Below, piece after piece: positions 39,932-53,798 of a stretch of 64,000 bases of DNA. This stretch comes from Octopus vulgaris (taxonomy: Eukaryota). The stretch lies in the NCBI GenBank assembly GCA_951406725.2, contig OX597827.1, forward strand, positions 6,572,001 to 6,636,000, given 5' to 3'. Numbering within the stretch: position 1 is the first letter of the stretch; every line of letters starts with the position of its first letter. Both the position numbers and the translations under genes were made by a program. The notes beneath the pieces are model-generated. The model was not told the DNA's origin. It saw nothing but the letters and a program-made list of their open reading frames with translations, and ran no database searches.

Positions 39932-40275
39932 TACAATCTTATAATGATATATTATAAGATAATATATTATAATTGAATAAAATGAAATGAAATAGTAGAA
40001 TGTTAAATGTTCATTCTGATTGAACTAGTACTTTCATGCATTGAATTCTGCAATCTTCGGGTTCATGTAGTAGTGTTGACGGTCATGCTTCACAATTTTT
40101 GACTGTCAAAAATTGTGAAGCATGACTGTCACCACTACTACATGAACCCGAAGATTGCAGAATTCAATGCATGAAAGTACTAGTTCAATCAGAATGAACA
40201 TTTAACATTCTATATTTCATTTCATTTTATTCAATTATAATATATTATCTTATAATATATCATTATAAGATTGTA
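39932..40275. repeat. Near-perfect 344-bp palindrome
   Basis: Arms of about 172 bp around a single T at 40104; few mismatches and one indel. Confidence 0.95.
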
Positions 40276-40321
40276 GATAGATAGATAGGTGTAAATAGGT
40301 AGGTAGGTTAGATAGATAGAT

Positions 40322-40376
<55 letters not shown>

Positions 40377-40381
40377 TATAT

Positions 40382-40431
<50 letters not shown>

Positions 40432-41523
40432 GGATAGATATGTATATATTTACATACATGTATGTTGATATAGGTTTGTATACACACTCACTATATATAT
40501 ATATATATCATCATTTAACGTCTGTTGTCCATGCTGGCATGGGTTGGATGGTTTGACCAGGGCTGGTGTATGTATGTATGTATGTATGTATGTATGTATG
40601 TATGTATACTCATAAGCATGTGACTGATAGGGTGATGGTGAAATTATGAGTCTATGTAAATTTGAGTATATATATGTATTGTGCAACATGTGTGTGCATG
40701 CATATTCCTTCATTAGTGGATATGTTTCTTGTGCTAGTTGATCCATATCAGTGTGCATATGGAGAAGCTACAATTATAAATATATATCATATTTCTTTCA
40801 TTTTGTTTTTTACACCCACTTTTCTATACTAGCATGAATTACATAAATATATTGCATTATTATTGCAGTCAAATGCTCTTCTTTTTGTTTATTCTGAGCT
40901 GTTTTCCACATAAAGGAGTTTACATTTAATTCATTCTTAAAAGTGCAAGGCTACAAGTTTATTCATTGACTGTGAAATGTCAAGAAATAGTATTACTCAT
41001 GATTCAACTCAGAGCAAATCTTGGAGGTTTTCTAGCTGTAATCATCCTATCTTTTTCATTCTTCTGTAGACATAGTGTGACCTCGTGTGAAAATGCATGG
41101 CCTAGTGGTTAACATGCTGCACTTACAGTTGTAAGGTTATACTTTTGATTCCTGGACCAAGTGGTGTGTTGCATTCTTGAGCAAGACACTTCATTTCACA
41201 TTGTTCTAGTCCACTGAGCTGTAAATGAGCTCCAGAAATAGCTGGGAAGTTTAACCTGCAATGGACTAGCAGCTTGTTCATTGGGAAGTGTTGTAATCAG
41301 TGACTTGTATACTAGTACTATTTGGTACCCTTAATTATAATTATAATTATAAATTTATAAATTTACCTTTTTGCTTTTTATGCTTGCTCACCACTTATAT
41401 TATTATTATTTATTGATAATAATATCGTTATATATGTATAGAGAAAAAATCTGTCTCAACAGATTCCATCTGACCCACACAAGCAAGTAAAAGTGGACAT
41501 TAAACAATGATAATAATGGTATA

Positions 41524-41556
<33 letters not shown>

Positions 41557-41559
<3 letters not shown>

Positions 41560-41974
41560 TGCAGGAGTGGCTGTGTGGTAAGTAGCTTGCTTACTAACCA
41601 CATGGTTCCGGGTTCAGTCCCACTGCGTAGCACCTTTGGTAAGTGTCTTCTACTATAGCCTCGGGCCGACTAAAGCCTTGTGAGTGGATTTGGTAGACGG
41701 AAAATGAAAGAAGCCCATCGTATATATGTATATATGTATGTGTGTATATGTTTGTGTGTCTGTAAATGTCTCCCCAACATCGCTTGACAACCGATGCTGG
41801 TGTGTTTACGTCCCTGTTACTTAGCGGTTCGGCAAAAGAGACCGATAGGATAAGTACTGGGTTTACAAAGAATAAGTGCTGGGGGTCGATTTGCTCGACT
41901 AAAAGGCGGTGCTCCTGCATGGCCGCAGTCAAATGACTGAAACAAGTAAAAGAAAAAGCATAAAAGTAAAAGAG
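41557..41974 (+). mobile_element. SINE family A, full length
   Basis: Family A consensus. Confidence 0.92.
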
Positions 41975-42300
41975 ATATGGACATGGAACAAATGTATATG
42001 CAACCAGAATAACAAAAGCGGATGAGATATTGTATCCAAAGATATTTATTTGTCAAACTGAAATTGAAGAGAATGAGTCTAAAGCATTAGGGTTAGAGAG
42101 TAGAAGGTAGGGTTACATTCTAGCAGCAGGTACACCATTCCTTGCAAGGTATGCTGGAGGACATAATAAAGCATCCTTAAGTATCCTAGCGGATGCACTA
42201 AAACAAGGATACGGTGACGTTAATGCATTGAGTATCAATATGAAATTACACTGTGTTGCTATAAGGAAAGTGAGAAAGAATAACATAGGATTGTAAACAA
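41975..42300 (+). pseudogene. Possible R4/Dong-like (RLE) non-LTR remnant
   Basis: YILAAGTPFLARYAGGHNKASLSIL resembles the HILxGC..LA..Y..RHN..L motif downstream of the CCHC knuckle. Confidence 0.3.
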
Positions 42301-42390
42301 AAAAAGTATCAAATACCCAGCCAGGCATGCAAAATGCTAATGACATTGTGCTCATGAAAAATGCAGGTAGATTTAAAGAAAGTACGTATA

Positions 42391-42805
42391 TAGGCACAGG
42401 TGTGGCTATGTGGTAAAAGGCTTGCTTCTCAGCCACATGGTTCTGGGCTCAGTCCCACTGTGTGGCACCTTAGGCAAGTGTCTTATTCTTCAACCTTGGG
42501 CTGACCAAAGTCTTGTGAGTGAATTCAGCAGATAGAAACTGAAAGAAGCCTGTCATATAAATATATATATATATATACATGTGTGTGTTTGTGTGTGTGT
42601 TTCTTTCTGTCTGTGTTTGTCTTCCACCACCATTTGACAACCAGTGTTGGTGTGTTTACATTCCCCATAACTTAGCGGTTCAGTAAAAGTGATAAGTACT
42701 AGACTTTAAAAAAGTTCTGGCATCAGTTCATTTGACTAGGAAATTTTTCATGGCAGTGCCCCAGCATGGCCTCAATCTAATGACTGAAACAAGTAATAGA
42801 TAAAA
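42391..42805 (+). mobile_element. SINE family A, diverged
   Basis: Family A blocks. Confidence 0.8.
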
Positions 42806-43904
42806 GATATTCCTAAAGTTTTAATACAATGAAAAAGCAATATTCTCATCTTATAGCATTGTCTAACTTGGCAAAATATGTCCAGATCGTTCAGTTGACT
42901 GTGCCTTAGGAAGTCAATATGAAGAGGTACAGCTATAAATATAAAGGATTTGGTAAGAAGCACTGGGGGTAGTAGTGCACAGTGCTTCCAATCAGAGACT
43001 TGTAGTCTTATTTGGTTGAAATTACAAGAATTAGGAAGGAAAGCACAGCTGGAAAGAAGGAAACAAAATGCTTTATCATATATAAAACTGTGCAACAAAA
43101 TTTTAAAAATAAAATTTTTTTTTGGCTTTGGTCAGTAAAGGTTATTTTCTATTTGCTTCTATCTAGAAATCAAAGGAAATGACTACTATTCCCTTCAAAC
43201 TTTGCTTTTGTGACCTGGACATCAATGTTTTGAAGTTGATCTGTTTTCCATTACATTTCAGACAGATTCAGTGCTGAGTTGCTCAAGCAGAAATATCATT
43301 ATAGCAAATATTCTAGTCAATGCCACAGATTTGCTTATCAGTTGCTTGACTTCAACCACCTGATCATGTCCCTTAGCAGCTGACAGCTATGTGCATCTCT
43401 GATTACATGCATGAGCAATGGGGAAGCATCATAGCCATGTGTTGAAAGGAATTATTTGGGGTTAGAATAAATTTAACAAAAACAAAGTTTAAAGGAAATA
43501 CAAACCATTTTTCGTACTTTCTAGGGGTAAGCAAATAGGAAATAACAGTTGCTACCCAAGGACAAAAATCAGGTTACACAGTGTGATTTACTTTTTCACA
43601 AGTTTTTATAAACCAGGAATAGGGCAGTGACACACACAGATGCACACACACACAAGCACACACACACATACACTCACATACATATATGCACATATATACA
43701 CACACACATACACACAGGTACAAATACTCACCCACATACACAGACGTATATACATGCATACATTCATATTCATGTATGTATATGATATTGAGAGCTTCAT
43801 GATTCCCTGTCAAACTGTCCTACACTGCCAGCATCGAAAGTGGACATTAAATGATGATGACGATGATGATACATTTATACTTTATATATATAATGTTGAT
43901 AACT

Positions 43905-44364
43905 TTGATAGGTTTTGGCCAGTATAGGCCCAGGCCATGTCTAACTTAAGAGCACCACCTGGTGAAGTCTTTTAGTCATATATGGGGCACATATGGCCCA
44001 CTCTACCAAAGAGTCATTATTGTTGGAGACATATCCATGTGTAGGAGGTTGGGTCGGGATTTTTTGAAGAAATTTGTCTAGTGAACATTTGAATTTTATG
44101 GGATCCATTTCCATTTTGAAGTATTTTGGTATGGTATTAAAGAGAGCTGGACCAGTTGAGGTAGAGTAATTGTGATGTAATGTTGCTATGTGTACTGAGT
44201 TCAATATTTGTAGTGGGCGGATTGCACAGGGGCCAAGTCCTGGACGGATTTTAAAATTGATGCCAACATCATTTGTGCAATATTGATGGAATATTTTCCA
44301 CAGAACACGAAGTATGTAGTGCTCCCGGCAGCGTTGGAGAGAGTGGAGATTGAGTTTTTTTAGT
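43905..44364 (-). mobile_element. CR1-like LINE 3' end
   Basis: LKKLNLHSLQRCREHYIL..WKI...GPALFNTIPK..FKCSLDKFLQKIPTQP. Confidence 0.75.
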
Positions 44365-45638
44365 CAACCCCCATAATCAATGCCATCTATCTTTCTTATA
44401 CATACATATATATGTACATTCATACATGCACATGCACACACAAGCACACACTCATAGACATGTATGTGTTTGTGTGGGAGTGCATGTATGTAATAAATAT
44501 ATATATTCTTAAAGTAATTTATTTTACTATAATTTATATTTAGCCTCAAGAAAGACAATTTCCTTTCCAGATCCCCCATCTTTAGGGCTGTGCTGGGCTG
44601 GGCTGGGTTGGGCTGGGGGAAAAGATTAATGCTGTAAACTTCTAAACCGTTCTCACAGCTTGATGGCGGGAAAGTTGGAGTCTACAGATGGTTGTGATTC
44701 CATTGAAGAATAATTGGATAAAATGGGGTACGTTGAGAGACACATTGGGGTTAGTAGTGGGTGTTAGGAAGGTAAAGAGTTTACAGTTGTTGCTGTTCTT
44801 GTTATAGTCTACACCCCTCTACTACTCATCAACCCTCAAACAAGCAGACCTGTGAGAATAAGTAATCAAACCCTGAACATCCCTTTCTTTTATGTGTACA
44901 TATGTTAAGGGTTCCATTATCCTGTGTCTTTGTTTTGCACTAATTTTAAATGACAAGAGTGCTTTTGAGGAAAATTTAGCTGCTGTATCTGGCAGTTTGA
45001 ATAAATATGTAGAAGCACCTTCCTAGGATAGCAGGTTGAAATGAAGAAGGGGTGGGAGAAGCAGGTGTATCAACACAGCCAAACATCCACCCCCAGGATA
45101 TTTGCAGTGTCTTGGTGTCCCTTAAATGAGTGGTGGGTGGAGATGTGAATAGTAAGGTGGTTTTTTTATCATCTTTTTTATTTTTTCTCTGTCACTCATT
45201 TAAATAATTCAGCATTGTAATTTAGCTTTAGGAAATATAAATAAAGAGAAAAAGGAGGTAAGAGAGAGGTAAACAGTGAGGATGGTTAGGAGGATGGTGA
45301 AATACTGAGAAAGGGACAGAGGGAGGGAGGGATGGAAGGAGAGAGAAACACGGGTGAAGGAGAAAAGGTGGGAGAATTTAAATGCTAGAAACTTGTCTCT
45401 CGGGCCATCCAAGCATGAAAAGAAGAAGGGTATTTAATCTCTTTCTTGGTGTCTGTAAGAGGGCGGTGATGATGATGGTAATGGCGACGGCGGGGGTGGG
45501 GGGGTAATAGTAAATGGAAGTGATGATGATGATGATGGTGATGGTGATGGGAGTGATGATAAAGATGGGTAAGTGTAGATGGATAAAGATTGCAATGATT
45601 TAGTCTACAAATGACATACATACAACATACATATGTGC

Positions 45639-45683
<45 letters not shown>

Positions 45684-45729
45684 CACACACACATATATAT
45701 ACATATGTACACTTATACACATATGTATA

Positions 45730-45793
<64 letters not shown>

Positions 45794-46317
45794 TGTATAT
45801 GTATGTATGTATGTATTATGTATGTATATCTGTGGGTGTCTACAAATGTAATATACACATACATAGATTAGAGATATGCATATATTGAGATTTGGAATTA
45901 TTGATGGGAATAAGTGGCCATTATATGTAGTATAGTTCATTCGTTTATTCAGTTTAAATGTGTTGGTGTGTGTGTGTGTGTATGTGTAACACTATGAATT
46001 CTTATTTGCTCAGCAAAAAATAAACAAATAAATGATACCAGTCAAATTCTCCACAACTGAGAAAAATATTGTAAACACTTGTTTTCAACAGGATAACTTA
46101 TCCTGACACTTATAAACACACACACACCCAAGGTCCTTTGTAAAATTATTTATGAATATTATATAGACATGAAAATTCCAATAAATCACTTGATGATAAG
46201 CCAATGAAAACAATATTACATATATATATATATATGTGTATTGTAATTATTTATGTATGTGCTCCAGCATGGTCAAAATCATATGACTGAAACAAATTAA
46301 AAAATAAAATATATATT

Positions 46318-46353
<36 letters not shown>

Positions 46354-46504
46354 ATAAATGTATTTATATATAAATATATATTTATATCTATAAATATATT
46401 TATATATATACATATTTATATATATATATATTTACTCCACATGTATATATACATATAGATATGCATATATATACATTTATATATACATATATATACATAC
46501 ATAT

Positions 46505-46552
<48 letters not shown>

Positions 46553-48532
46553 ATATATATATATATATAATAGATAGATAGATAGATATGTACATAGATA
46601 GATAGATATATACATACATATATGTGTGTGTATACAGACACAATTATATTCATGTGACTATGTAATCTAATAGTACTTTACATGTATTACATAAATTTTC
46701 AAGTATTATTGTGATTATAAGTTTTATAATGAGAAATTATGTAAGTACAAACTCAAATGCATGTGTAACGTAGGCATGAGTACATGTGTATGCATGTGAG
46801 TTCATGTATATATATGTATGCATGCATATATATTCATCAAGATGCTTGCACGTTCACTGGATCAATACAAGATCATTAAGTAATAATACATCATAAATTG
46901 AAAATTATGTCTTGCATATATATGTGTGTGTGTATGTATGTATGTATGTATGTATGTATGTATGTATGTATGTATGTATGTGTGTGTGTGTGTTTGTATG
47001 TATGTTTGTGTCTATGTGTGTGTATGTATGTATGTATGTACGTACGTATTGCTTGTATGTGTGTGACAACATTTGAAAGTTTTGATGCATTTCATCCTAA
47101 ACAACCTGTGAATGGCAAAATGGTAAAGTCATCTGCCTTAACTATCATTCCTGTGTTTCATCTGATGTTTGCATTGATTACAGGTTGGTAAACAAGTTGC
47201 ATTGGAATTTATGCATCATTATATTGACCCTTTTTTTTTAATTTATTTCATTCTATGAAATATTTTCCAAGATTTGAGATACCAAAAAAAAAAAGGACAA
47301 TATCTACCAGTTATCTTTCTTTTGCATAAAATTAAATATAGATATATTCCTTTTTATATTTTATTTTGAAGTAGGGGTCTGTCTGTTCTTTCTATACCAA
47401 AGACTGCATTATATTTCTTAAAACTAAAATTAACTTATTTCATTTTTTTTTTATTCTGCTTTTTTTTTTTCCTTTTCTTATTTTATTGTTAGACTTTTTT
47501 TTATCTGATTAGATAAAAAAATAATAATTAAAAGTTTGATTTGAAAAGAAAATATTTTAGTTTATGGGAGGTGAAAAATATAACATATACTTACCAGGAT
47601 CCCTGTAAAAATCCTCACTAGTTTAAAAAGTTATTTGAGATGTCCCTTCTATTCACAAGTCATTTTCTACTGCTGTTGTCACAGCTATAAGTGGGTTAGT
47701 CAAAGGAATAGAGGGTGGGACGAGAGAGAGGGAGTGAAATCGAGAGAGAGAGAGACAGGGACAGCCAGAGTAAGAGAGAGAGGGGGAAGGGTGGGTACAG
47801 AGTAAACTTAGTTTATGGGATGTGTATTCTAAAGCTTTCTGCCACCACTAATAACAACTTGCTTTTTGGTTCACATGCTGAGGAAAAGGAAACAGAGGTT
47901 CTGTATCCACCACCATCAACACCCTCATTCGTTTCTCTATACTATATAAGTAGTGGATTTAATGACACTCTTCTTTAACAGGCAGTAATAGCTGGTACAT
48001 GTTCTAACATAACCAGAACCAAATTTATATCTTTTTTCCTATAGTAGGGAAAACACATAAGAAAATATACAATAGAAGTTACTACATTATTACAAAGTTA
48101 CTGTTGCTTTTTTTTTTTTTTTATTATTATGCAAACTCCCACTGTAGATTATAAATGCTTCAAATTTATTGGGAACATAAAATGAAGATTTAACAAAAAT
48201 AGATAATACTTTAAACAAATAAAGTTAGTAAATTAATTAATTATTTAATACCTTGAAATTACTTTGCCCTAAACTGATATACATCTATGTATGCATATAT
48301 ATCATATCATCATCATCATCATCATCATTTAGCATCCGCTTTCCATGCTAGCATGGGTTGGACGGTTCAACTGGTGTCTGGGAAGCCAGAAGAGTCCGAT
48401 AGAATAAGTACTGGGCTTACAAAGAATAAGTCCCGGGGTCGATTTGCTCGACTAAAGGCGGTGCTCCAGCATGGCTGCAGTCAACTGACTGAAACAAGTA
48501 AAAGAGTAAAAGAGTAAGAGTATATATATATA

Positions 48533-48813
48533 TTGTTGATAGAAATGGTAAGACAACAAAAGAATGAAAGAGACCTGAATATTATGTAAATAGAGGAATC
48601 TATCTGTAAATGTAATATGCGACAATTATTCGGTAGCCATGATAAAACTCCGAGTTTTGGATGCCGAGGTGGAAATCCACACCGGCATCTCTTCATAGCA
48701 TTTTTTCCGATGGCCGGATAACTGAAGAGATGGCAGCGTGGATTTCCACCTCGGTATTCGAAACTCAGAGTTTTATCATTGCTACAGAATAATTGTCACA
48801 TATTACATTTACA

Positions 48814-48816
<3 letters not shown>
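48533..48816. mobile_element. Fold-back PLE-like module with hammerhead motif in both arms
   Basis: Arms 48602-48695/48723-48816; terminus 48533-48599 recurs inverted at 3206-3269; flanked by (TA)n. Confidence 0.7.
48717..48777 (+). ncRNA. Hammerhead-like motif
   Basis: GATAA-CTGAAGA-GATG...TATTC-GAAA-CTCAGAG-TT-TTATC; 5-bp stem I; non-optimal GUU triplet. Confidence 0.55.
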
Positions 48817-48856
<40 letters not shown>

Positions 48857-48860
<4 letters not shown>

Positions 48861-49075
48861 TCTTTTAATCTTTTACTTATTTCAGTCATTTGACTGTGGC
48901 CATGCTGGAGCACTGCCTCTAGTCAAGCAAATCGACCCCAGGACTTATTCTCTGTAAGCCTAGTACTTATTCTATCGGTCTCTTTTGCCAAACTGCTAAG
49001 TTATGGGGATGTAAACACACCAGCACCAGTTGTCAAGCAATGTTGGGGGGACAAACATAGACACACAAACACACA
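48857..49075 (-). mobile_element. SINE family A 3' half; inverted partner at 48395-48520
   Basis: Family A consensus in reverse complement. Confidence 0.85.
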
Positions 49076-49104
49076 TATATATATATACATATACTATGTA
49101 TATA

Positions 49105-50184
49105 TAAATGCGTGTGCAAGTCTCACAAGTGTAGAGTAGAGTTGACAGGACAATGGCACAACAGGAAGCAAAGTCTGGACAGTAGGAATGGTGAAGGACA
49201 GTTTTGACACTTACCTCTGTCAAGTAGCTGGGCACCAAGATGTGATTGTGGATTGGTACATTGCTTAAGTACAGGTGCCACTGACATGAATGGAAAGATA
49301 TCTGACCTTCCTGAATGACCTCAGAACCTCCACAAAGTACTCCTTGTTGACTGTCTGACCAGCAGAAACCCAGTGGACGTAGATAACACTCTTTCTATTG
49401 AAAAAGGGGATCATCTTGAGCTTCCCAATAGTTTTGCTTTGCCTCACCTTCTTGGGGCTGGAGAAGCCAAGATGATTCCATCGGGTACTCTGTCTCTTGG
49501 TCTCTGGATCATAACAGCATATTCAACTTTTGTCACAGGCCACCAGAGACTCGAGTACTCTTGGATTGGAAGTAATGAGCTCAACTGTCCCCCTGCTGTC
49601 ACCAATGTGTCTTTGCTTCTGTTTGCCCCTGACCACCCTAGGAACAAACTTAAGAAAAAATTTTGCACATGTTCAGACCTTCATGAATTATTCTGTGTTA
49701 AGTTGCCCCACCGACTCCAAACTGAAAGATTTTTGTCCTTATAGACCCTTGATGATCTTCATTCAGAAAATCAAGAATTTTCTCACCAGCTCCAATGTTC
49801 TGATGTCCCTCTCCCTCCCACAGCTTTCATCATCTCTCACTTTTTCTCTACTGCCCTTAAACCCTTGTGCTGCTGAAAACAAATGCTCAGCCTATACAAA
49901 TTAATTCATAAACAAGCCGGAGCATTTCACAAGTTTCTATAGCAGATTTTCTCAATTTAACACAATGCTTAATTGCATGGTGACTTTCAAAGTTTCTCCA
50001 TGTCCTGACTGCATTCTGCAAACCAGTCAGCTGTGACAAGCAATATGCAGTAGGGTGTGTTCAAAGTGTTGTTACAGTTAACTCCGTGTGACTGGTGAGC
50101 TTGTTACAGATATAATAACAAATACTAAAATTACATAAACTACCTCTCCTAAAAAGCCTCAAAACTTCTGGAATGCACTTCATC
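49105..50184 (-). mobile_element. Decayed mariner element
   Basis: RQSKTIGKLKMIPFFNRKSVIYVHWVSAGQTVNKEYFVEVLRSFRK and a WHHLG..PKK remnant; many disruptions. Confidence 0.85.
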
Positions 50185-50201
50185 ATATATATGTGTGTAT
50201 A

Positions 50202-50232
<31 letters not shown>

Positions 50233-50255
50233 ATATATATTTATATATATATATA

Positions 50256-50316
<61 letters not shown>

Positions 50317-50383
50317 ATATATATATATTTATAAACATTTATATATGTGTGTGTGTGTGTGTGTATATGCATATATCTATATC

Positions 50384-50414
<31 letters not shown>

Positions 50415-50496
50415 CTATATCTATATATATATAAACATTTATATATGTGTGTGTGTGTAAGAATATATATATATTATATACATGTATGTATATGTA

Positions 50497-50535
<39 letters not shown>

Positions 50536-50844
50536 GTCAGTCTGGAAAGTTCAATCCTTCTAGTATTTCAAAAAGTAGGAGAGTGTCCTCTTATGACACA
50601 TTACATATTTCTTAATCAAATCATTAAGAGAGTAATTTTCTAAATTATTCTAAATCTAACAATATGGGATGAGATCTGTCAATAGTTTGAAAGCAAAAAA
50701 AAAAAAAAAAATGAAATAACTCTTCTGCAAAAAGAAAGAATTAAAAAATAAAAGGAATAAGATAGACAGAGAAAAAAAACAATGGAAAAGAAAGCATAAA
50801 ACAAATAAAAAATTTGGAAAATATGTAGAAAACATACAAGTAAC

Positions 50845-50892
<48 letters not shown>

Positions 50893-51241
50893 GTTCCCCA
50901 CTAGTTTCCCTCTCTTCAGTTCATTCACTCTTTCCACTTCCCTTTCGCTCTTTGATTTTCTCCTTCCCCTCTCTCACTCCAGTTCCTTCTCGCTGTCTTC
51001 TTTTTCTCTCTCTACAATTACAGGAATCAAATAATTTATTGAACTGGAAACACAAATTTTAATCTTAACCTTTTGTTTTTTGTTTTTTGTTGGTTGTTTT
51101 TTTTTTTTGCAAAAAAAAAAAAAACCAAAGTTCCATGAAGCAGGTGTTTTCTGCTTAGAGCTTCAAATTTATCGATACCTTGTCAGTGGAATTTGATGGA
51201 TGGAAACTCTACCAAAACTTGTTCTATATATATTTAGCTAA

Positions 51242-51655
51242 GTGCAGGTGTGGCTCTGTAGAAAGAGGTTTGCTTTCTAAGCACATGGTTCCAGTTTGAG
51301 GCCCACCTACATGGCACTTTGGGTAAGTATCAACCCCAGACTGACCAAAGCTTTGTGAGTGGATTTGGTAGATAGAGAATAAATGATGCCTGTCCTAACC
51401 TTATGTTTGTATATATATGTGTGAGTGTGTGTGGGGGGAAAAGGATCTGTGTTTCTATCTGTGTTTGTGTTTGTACCCAACCACTGCTTGACAAATGGTG
51501 TTTATGTCCCCATAACTTAGCAGTTAAGCTAAAAGAGATTGATACAAGTAACATGCTTAAAACGTAAACATTGCAGTCGAATTTTTGACTAAACATCTCA
51601 AGGTGGTGCCCTGGTATGGCTGCAGTCTAATGAATGAAACCAGTAAAAGAGTATA
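51242..51655 (+). mobile_element. SINE family A, diverged
   Basis: Family A blocks. Confidence 0.7.
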
Positions 51656-52220
51656 AAAGGAAGAGGGCCTACGTGCACATCACAGTGTCTGCATTTATGG
51701 TTATGCTGGTTATTAAATCTTGTGTTGTCTATTCTGTGTTCTGTTGCTATGTTTCAATGCAAGGCCTACAATATATGCTGGCACTCTGTCAATTGTGACA
51801 ACAAAGGTTAATCAGATTTGATTAACAAATTTGATCAACAGAACAACATACTTGTAAAGTTAACAGGCATGTGGCTGAACACTCCACAGACATGCATACC
51901 CTTAATGAAGTTCTCTGGGAGATTCTGTGTGATCCAGAATGTGACATGGCCAGCCCTTTCAATTACAGGTACCACTAAGTTTTGTCAGCTGAATGGACTG
52001 GAGCAATGTGAAATAAAGTGTCTTGCTCAAAGACAAAATGCATCGTCAGGAATCGAACTCACACGCTTATAATCCGGAGCCAATTACCCAACATAGTTCA
52101 AACTACTCAAATTAATGTGTGAAAGACAAAATTGAATTTTGAAAGAAATATCTATAAAACTACACATATATCTATACATCAAATGGCTATGGGGGGGGGG
52201 GGGGTCAACCAAAGTGAAGT

Positions 52221-52392
52221 AGGCGTAGGAGTGGCTGTGTGGTATGTAGCTTGCTTATGAACCACATGGTTCCATGTTCAGTCCCACTGCATGGCACCTT
52301 GGGCAAGTGTCTTCTACTATAGCCTCGGGCCGACCAAAGCCTTGTGAGTGGATTTGGTAGACAGAAACTGAAAGAAGCCCATCATATATATG

Positions 52393-52461
<69 letters not shown>

Positions 52462-52675
52462 TTGTGTGTCTGTGTTTGTCCCCCCAACATCACTTGACAG
52501 CCGATGCTGATGTGTTTACATCCCCGTAACTTAGCAGTTTGGCAAAAGATACCAATAGAATAAGTACTAGGCTTACAAAGAATAAGTCCTGGGGTCGATT
52601 TGCTCGACTAAAGGCGGTGCTCCAGCATGGCTGCAGTCAAATGACTGAAACAAGTAAAAGAGTAAAAGAAAGAGT
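52221..52675 (+). mobile_element. SINE family A, full length
   Basis: Family A consensus. Confidence 0.92.
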
Positions 52676-53798
52676 AGTAATGAACGGGATCCACAGGCAA
52701 AAAAAAAGGTTGAGAACCACTCAAAAGTGTAAGGTCATTTTAGCTGCTGCAAAATTTGTTGATAAAAATCAGCTGGTGAAGAATATATTCATTGAAAATC
52801 CATTAATGCCAAACCACTCACAAACAATTCCTAATTCCTTAAAAAAAAAAAAAAAAATCATTAGTGTCAAGCTTCTCAAAAAACTACTCAGGCATTCAGC
52901 AAAACCCTCCAATTCCTTTGGAATTAAGAGAATAAAATAATATATCCAAGACCAATTTATTTGTCAGTGTGTAAGTAACTCTTGCAGACACCATTCTGGT
53001 CCTTAGTGGAAGTTATTCTGTTGATATTTATTATGCCAGGCATCAGCTGCTGCAATTCTCTCATATGTATGGGAGACTTGTTTAGTTCAGGAATACTGTT
53101 TTTCTCCTCTGCTGGTTTAACTTTTATATATATAAAAAAAATGACTATTCACACAGGCTTAAACACTTACACTCATATATTGTCACATGCTATAAAAAGT
53201 GAAGTAAATAAAACCTTGCTAGTTACTACTGTTACAGTCAGTACTTAAGAGACAGCCAATCAAGTCAGTTCATGTCAGCTAGTTTGTTTGTCAGTTGAGC
53301 TATCTATCATCCCTTACAAACAAGCTAGCTAGTAGCTACACTGCCTCCAGTCAGTTATTCCAAAACTCAGCACAGGCCCTGGGATTAACTATTAGGAAAG
53401 TGGGACACTTCAGAATCTTTTGCGGTGCCAGATTTACCATGGTACAAATGGTTAATTAGGACAATTTTATTTTTAGAAAAATTAATTTTAAAAATGCAGC
53501 TAATGTGTGTGTGTATGTGGGTGGGGGGTGTATTTGTTTAATTCGTTGGACTATGGCCATGCTGGACTGCACAAATCAATTCCAGTATTTATTTCTTCTT
53601 TTAGGTCTAATATTTAGTTTATCATCTCTTCTAGCAAAGTACTAAGTTACAGGGATGAAAACAAACCAATACCAGTTTTCAAGAAGTGTAGAAGGATAAA
53701 CACTGACATAAAAAAACACATGCATAAATATACATATATATACATACTTATATATATATATATATATATATATATGAGTTTATATATATACATATATA

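Noticed and set aside
47587-47598. U1 snRNA-like start ATACTTACCAGG
   Set aside because: No downstream U1 similarity; better read as a minus-strand splice donor consensus.
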